The notes beneath the pieces are model-generated. The model had not been told where the DNA came from. It did not search any database and saw only the letters and a program-made list of their open reading frames with translations. A stretch of 64,000 bases of DNA from Macrostomum lignano (Eukaryota): assembly GCA_002269645.1 (NCBI GenBank), contig NIVC01000507.1, positions 434,001 through 498,000 on the forward strand, read 5' to 3'. Both the position numbers and the translations under genes were made by a program. Positions within the stretch are counted from its first letter, which is position 1; each line of letters begins with the position of its first letter. Shown here piece by piece: positions 59,601 to 64,000 of the stretch.

Positions 59601-62600
59601 ATTCTCAATTATCGATGTCCCAAAATCAATATTCGTGATCCCAATCACAATAATCGATATCTTAATCATAATTATCTATATGCCAGTTTAACGATTTCGA
59701 TCTAATTAAAGTTTTTAGAACAATTTTTTTACATTGTTACTGTAAGTAGTCTAAATTGCGTGTTTTGCCCAATCTTAATAATAAAAACTTAATTAAACTC
59801 ATTTTCCAGACCGCTCTCGAGCAGGTAAACTCCGTAATGGAAACTTGCCCATTCGATTTTATCCATCTGGATCCGTTCGGCTCGCCGGCCGGAAATATTG
59901 AGTCGGCTCTGCGACACCTGCGCAATGGCGGCCTGCTGTCCGTCACCTGCACGGATTTGGCCTCGCTGTTAGGCCAACAGCCGCGGGTTGGTGGCGTTGA
60001 TTTCTTTCTATTATAAGTATAATATAAGTTAAAATACTTAGGTACTTTAGATTGTTAGCCTACTGTTAACAGTGTTTTATTTATTAAATATTGATTCTTC
60101 GTCTTTTTGTTTTTTATTATGTTTTTTGCCCTACTATTAGTAGTTAATAAAAACTTTGTAAAACTTGCGCGACTATACTAAAATAATATCTTACTTTTTT
60201 ATGCACAGCCTACTTTAAATAGTGTTAAACAAAATATCTTGGGTTTTGTTTTTATTAGTTTAACCCACATATGCTAAAATAACTAGATGGGCCACTCAGG
60301 CACATATACTTAGTAAAAGAGCTTTCTACTTTCAGTTCAGTAGCAAAGAAGAATATATATAAAAAAATTGTAAAAATAAAGGCAACTGAAACGAGTTCGA
60401 TAAGTTTAGAAGGCCAAGCTAGCGGGCTTAAACAACTTGCTAATTGGTTCAGCAATAATGTACATTGGCCAGTCCACTGAAATGTACATGGCAGCTTTAT
60501 TGTGGCGGGGGGTAGTGTGGAAAGGCGCGGTTGAAGGTTCTGGGGTAAGAGCCAATAAATGAGCCTTGGCTTTAAAAATACATTAAAATGCTTCTGTCTA
60601 ACCTAGCCTACTACTGAACTGTAAGTAGATTACACGCAAATGTGCCGAGTGACGCCTAGTTATTCTACTGTCTGTGGTTCAACCTAGTTGTTAGACGGTT
60701 AGCCTACTTATAGTAGTGTTTATGTAAGCACTTTGTGTTTCGCCTTTTTTTACTGCTACACTACTATCAGTAGTGCGCTTTAGCCAAAAAATATTACTTA
60801 TCGCAGTTACATGTACTGTCTGTCAGGTGGCTATGCGGAACTACGGCGCCGTATTGATGCGCGTTCGCTGCGCGCCGGAGCTTGGCGCTCGCACCCTACT
60901 CGCCTTCGTGGCCGCCTGCGCCGCCCGCTGCAACAAATCAATCCGGCCTGTCTATTGTTTAAGTGCGCCTCGGTTTCTGCTGGCCTGCGTCCGGGTTGAA
61001 CGCGGCGCCAGGCGCGCCGACGACTGTCTGGCGCGTTCAGTTGGGCGCCTGGCGCACTGCCGGGTCTGCCAGCAGCAGCGGCCGGCTACGAGCGGCAGCA
61101 TCGGCGGCGACAACGCTGGTTGCGGCTGCGGCGATGACGCCGAAGGCGGAGGCGCTGTCGCTGTACTGGGGCCGGTGTGGTGAGGGTTTGGTGGGAGATA
61201 CTTTATCCATCTCAAGGGGTGAGATTCCAGAGACTTCTTATCAATCTCAGGGGGTGAGATTCCAGAGACTTCTTATCAATCTCAGGGGTGAGATTCCAGA
61301 GACTTCTTAATCCATCTCCGGGGGTGAGATTCCAGAGACTTCTTATCAATCTCAGGGGTGAGATTCCAGAGACTTCTTAATCAATATCAGGGGGTGAGAT
61401 TCCAGAGACTTTGCTATTAATCTCAGGGGGTGAGATTCCAGACTTACTATCAATCTTAAGGGATGAGATTCCAGAGACTTTGCCATCAATCTCAAGGGGT
61501 GAAATTACAGGCTTTGCTATCAATCTCAAGGGGTGAGATTCCAGAGACTCCTATCAATTTCAAGGGGTGCGATTACAGACTTTGCTATCAATTTCAAGGG
61601 GTGAGATTCCAGAGACTTTGCTATCAATCTCAAGGGGTGAGATTCCAGAGACTTTGCTATTAATCTCAATGGGTGAGATTCCAGAGGCTTCCAGGGGCGC
61701 AATATATCAAATCAATCAAAGCACCTGTCGCCCTGCATTTGCCCAATAGGCTGGGAGATCTATTCGAGTCCGACTTCATCAAGCGGATGGCTCGCCATCT
61801 GTTGGGCTCTGCCGAGTCTGACTCCCTGCTCGCGTCCGAGGATAAAATTCTGCTCAAAATGCTGCTAGAAGAGTCTCAGTGTCTCAGCCGATCAACTGAC
61901 TCGTTGGAAGTCTCAATGCCCCCGTTTCAGCCGATGTTTTACATTAGCCCGAAATGGCTGAGGCTGTCCGGTGTTGATCTGCCGAGGTGAGGCATGCTGT
62001 TAGATTCCAGATAGGGAAGTAGATAAAATAGACGGTTTTTAGTTAGGAAGTAGATAAAGCAACGGTTTTTAGTTAGGAAATAGATAAAGTAGACAGTTTC
62101 CAGTTAGAGAAGTAGATAAAGTAGACAAATTCCAGTTAGAGAAGTAGAATAAAGTAGACAGATACCAGTTAGAGAAGTAGATAAAGTAGACGGTTTTTAG
62201 TTAGGAAATAGATAAAGTAGACAGATTCCAGTTAGAGAAGTAGATAAAGTAGACAGTTACCAGTTAGAGAAGTAGAATAAAGTAGACAAATTCCAGTTAG
62301 AGAAGTAGATAAAGAGACAGATTCCAGATAGGAAAGTAGATAAGGAAGACAGATTCCAGCTAGATAGAGAAGTAGATAAGGTAGATAGATTCCAGTTAGA
62401 GAAGTAGATTAAGTAGACAGATTCCAGATGGGAAGGTAGACAAAGTAGATACACAGGCAGAAATGCTTTGATTTGGTGTTTAATTAGCACTTGCGGTTAA
62501 TTGTTTACAAAATAGTAATGGCACCCACTCAGCACATAAATGAGAACATTGGCATTATAATTAAACGTATTATTTATTATCCCTCAGACTGGAACAACTG

Positions 62601-62783
62601 ATAGAAATTCTCCGCAGCAGCGGGCACGCCGCATCCAGAACTCATTTCGATCTCACCGCGGTTCGCACGAGCGCCAGCATTCAAGCTTGCAGAGATCTAA
62701 TATTGCAGCACTCAACCGCTGCTATCCTGAATCATAATAATACTACTGACGCGGCTAGCTTAACTAGTAGTATGGACAGTTAA
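56658..62783 (+). CDS. TRMT1L: TRMT1-like (Trm1 family) tRNA guanine-N2 dimethyltransferase (~470 aa, 6 exons)
   Basis: Exons ~56658-56935, 58423-58593, 59810-59986, 60827-61179, 61750-61986, 62588-62783, with consistent phases 0,0,0,2,2. Motifs: FFNPKM..NR, CLDGFSASGAMALQW, FDFIHLDPFGS, AARCNK, GPVW|LGDLF, ASRTHFD. The start needs a 1-nt correction in the A run at 56676-56681. Confidence 0.88.
57012..58320. repeat. 23-bp minisatellite (AATTATCGATATCAAACTCCTAT)n in TRMT1L intron 1
   Basis: Direct read. Confidence 0.93.
58705..59690. repeat. 21-bp minisatellite (AATTATCGATACACCAATCTC)n in TRMT1L intron 2
   Basis: Direct read, degenerating towards the 3' side. Confidence 0.92.
61195..61690. 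repeat. ~34-bp minisatellite (ATCTCAGGGGTGAGATTCCAGAGACTTCTTATCA)n in TRMT1L intron 4
   Basis: Direct read. Confidence 0.9.
62005..62450. repeat. ~32-bp minisatellite (AGTAGATAAAGTAGACAGATTCCAGTTAGAGA)n in TRMT1L intron 5
   Basis: Direct read. Confidence 0.88.
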
Positions 62784-63426
62784 TTAATTGTAATTTTTCA
62801 CTGCATTCTGTCAATTGAGTCAATTGAAAACTAAATAAAACAAAATTAACTTTGCGAAGTTTGTTTTTTTACTTTGAAATAAATCAATTTAAATAAACAA
62901 AAAATAAATAACTATTTCTTATTTAAAAACGAAAGCAGAGAGGGGTTCCTCGGATTTAGGCCATATGAGAAAACGTGGCAAAACTGAATATTATTATTAT
63001 ATATTATTATTGTTATTTTAAAAACATAAAAATAATAGAACCAAAATGCAAGCTATATGTACTCTATCAAAGTGGATCTGACGGATAGGTCTGTTAGAAT
63101 TATGGCTCTGAATAAATAAAAATATTATAAATGACTTAATATGATTAAAGTACAAATGACCTTTACAGAAGCGCGTATTAGATGCGTGCATAGGTAATCA
63201 TTTTGCTATTGGAGTTGAAAACGAAAAAAAACAATATATGCTTAAGTATTTTTGCGTCTACTTAAAGTAGAAACACATCTACACGTATATCATTGATATT
63301 TTATTTCGGTCTGATCTTAAAAGAGTAGATGCATACAGTTTCAAAAACTTAGTGCGACTCTTCTAGGTAATCAGGTTAAGAGTTCAACTTTTGGTTGGTC
63401 GGCCTTCTAGCATTCTTCAAGACGGA

Positions 63427-63786
63427 TTAGCTGGTCATGCCGTTGACTGGCCGACACCGCTTGCTGCTGGGCCCGTTGCCGCCGCCAGATCCGCCGCGGC
63501 TCTCGCCGTTCACCAATCGCTGACAGTAGGCGTCGCCCTCTCGGCGTAGATCAGCCAGTCGGTTGACGTAGGCCTGCCGATCGAGCCGCTCGCCGTCGCC
63601 GTACAGCCAGGCCTCGGTGGCGTCGAGCGCGTCGACGAATCCGACTCGTTCGACGTCGGTGAGCAGATTGGCCAGGCCCGAGGCCAGCCTGTCGCGCATC
63701 TCGTAGACGTACTCTTCTACCGAGTTGCGGGCGCTGATTCGCTCCTGCTCGAGGTGCTCCTGCTGCACCATTTCTTGTTCCCGAGC
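63427..63786 (-). CDS. HSPA4: Terminal exon of an Hsp110/HSPA4-like chaperone (5' exons outside window)
   Basis: Acceptor TTTTCAG|GCT at 63786. ER..ARNSVEEYVYEMRD and TEAWLYGDGE match the Hsp110 C-terminal signature KNAVEEYVY..RD / ENWLYEDGED. Confidence 0.82.
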   Translation of the reverse strand, partial: AREQEMVQQEHLEQERISARNSVEEYVYEMRDRLASGLANLLTDVERVGFVDALDATEAWLYGDGERLDRQAYVNRLADLRREGDAYCQRLVNGESRGGSGGGNGPSSKRCRPVNGMTS

Positions 63787-63810
63787 CTGAAAACCGGATT
63801 AATAAATATT

Positions 63811-64000
63811 GATAGATAGATAGATAGAGAGATAGTTAGATAGATAGATAGATAGATAGAGAGAGAGATAGATAGAGAGATAGAGAGATAGTTAGATAGA
63901 TAGAGAGATAGATAGAGAGATAGAGAGATAGTTAGATAGATAGATAGATGGATAGATAGATAGATGGATAGATAGAGAGATAGAGAGATAGATAGATAGA
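63811..64000. repeat. (GATA/GA)n microsatellite in the Hsp110 intron
   Basis: Direct read. Confidence 0.95.

Overview
Metazoan (eukaryotic) genomic DNA with spliced genes, interstitial TTAGGG repeats and very repeat-rich introns. The style suggests a free-living flatworm such as Macrostomum, but that is only an inference. Gene models were built by hand from splice sites and exon phases. (1) A complete 6-exon minus-strand gene (13598->5445, ~645 aa): signal peptide, ~270 aa unrecognised domain, 4 EGF-like modules, TSP1 and a TM helix. (2) Two tandem-duplicated WSC-domain loci (~21.6-29.1 kb). (3) A complete 5-exon ACSL3/4-type acyl-CoA synthetase (50037-54886, 722 aa). (4) A 6-exon TRMT1L-like tRNA methyltransferase (56658-62783) with an apparent GC-AG intron and a 1-nt frameshift after the likely ATG. 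(5) The last exon of an Hsp110/HSPA4-like gene. Mobile DNA includes a degenerate Ngaro-type tyrosine-recombinase retrotransposon with a SAP-like gag N-terminus (15771-19802), Mag-type gypsy fragments, RNase H-bearing LINE fragments, an RTE RT fragment, a mariner 3' end and hAT MITEs. The most notable element is an ~11 kb non-autonomous Helitron (29836-40884), made mostly of a ~9.2 kb 22-23 bp satellite plus a built-in telomeric tract. Two AT-rich blocks are strongly CpG-depleted, and one is enriched in the palindrome TAGGCCTA. No CRISPR array, rRNA or tRNA gene was seen.
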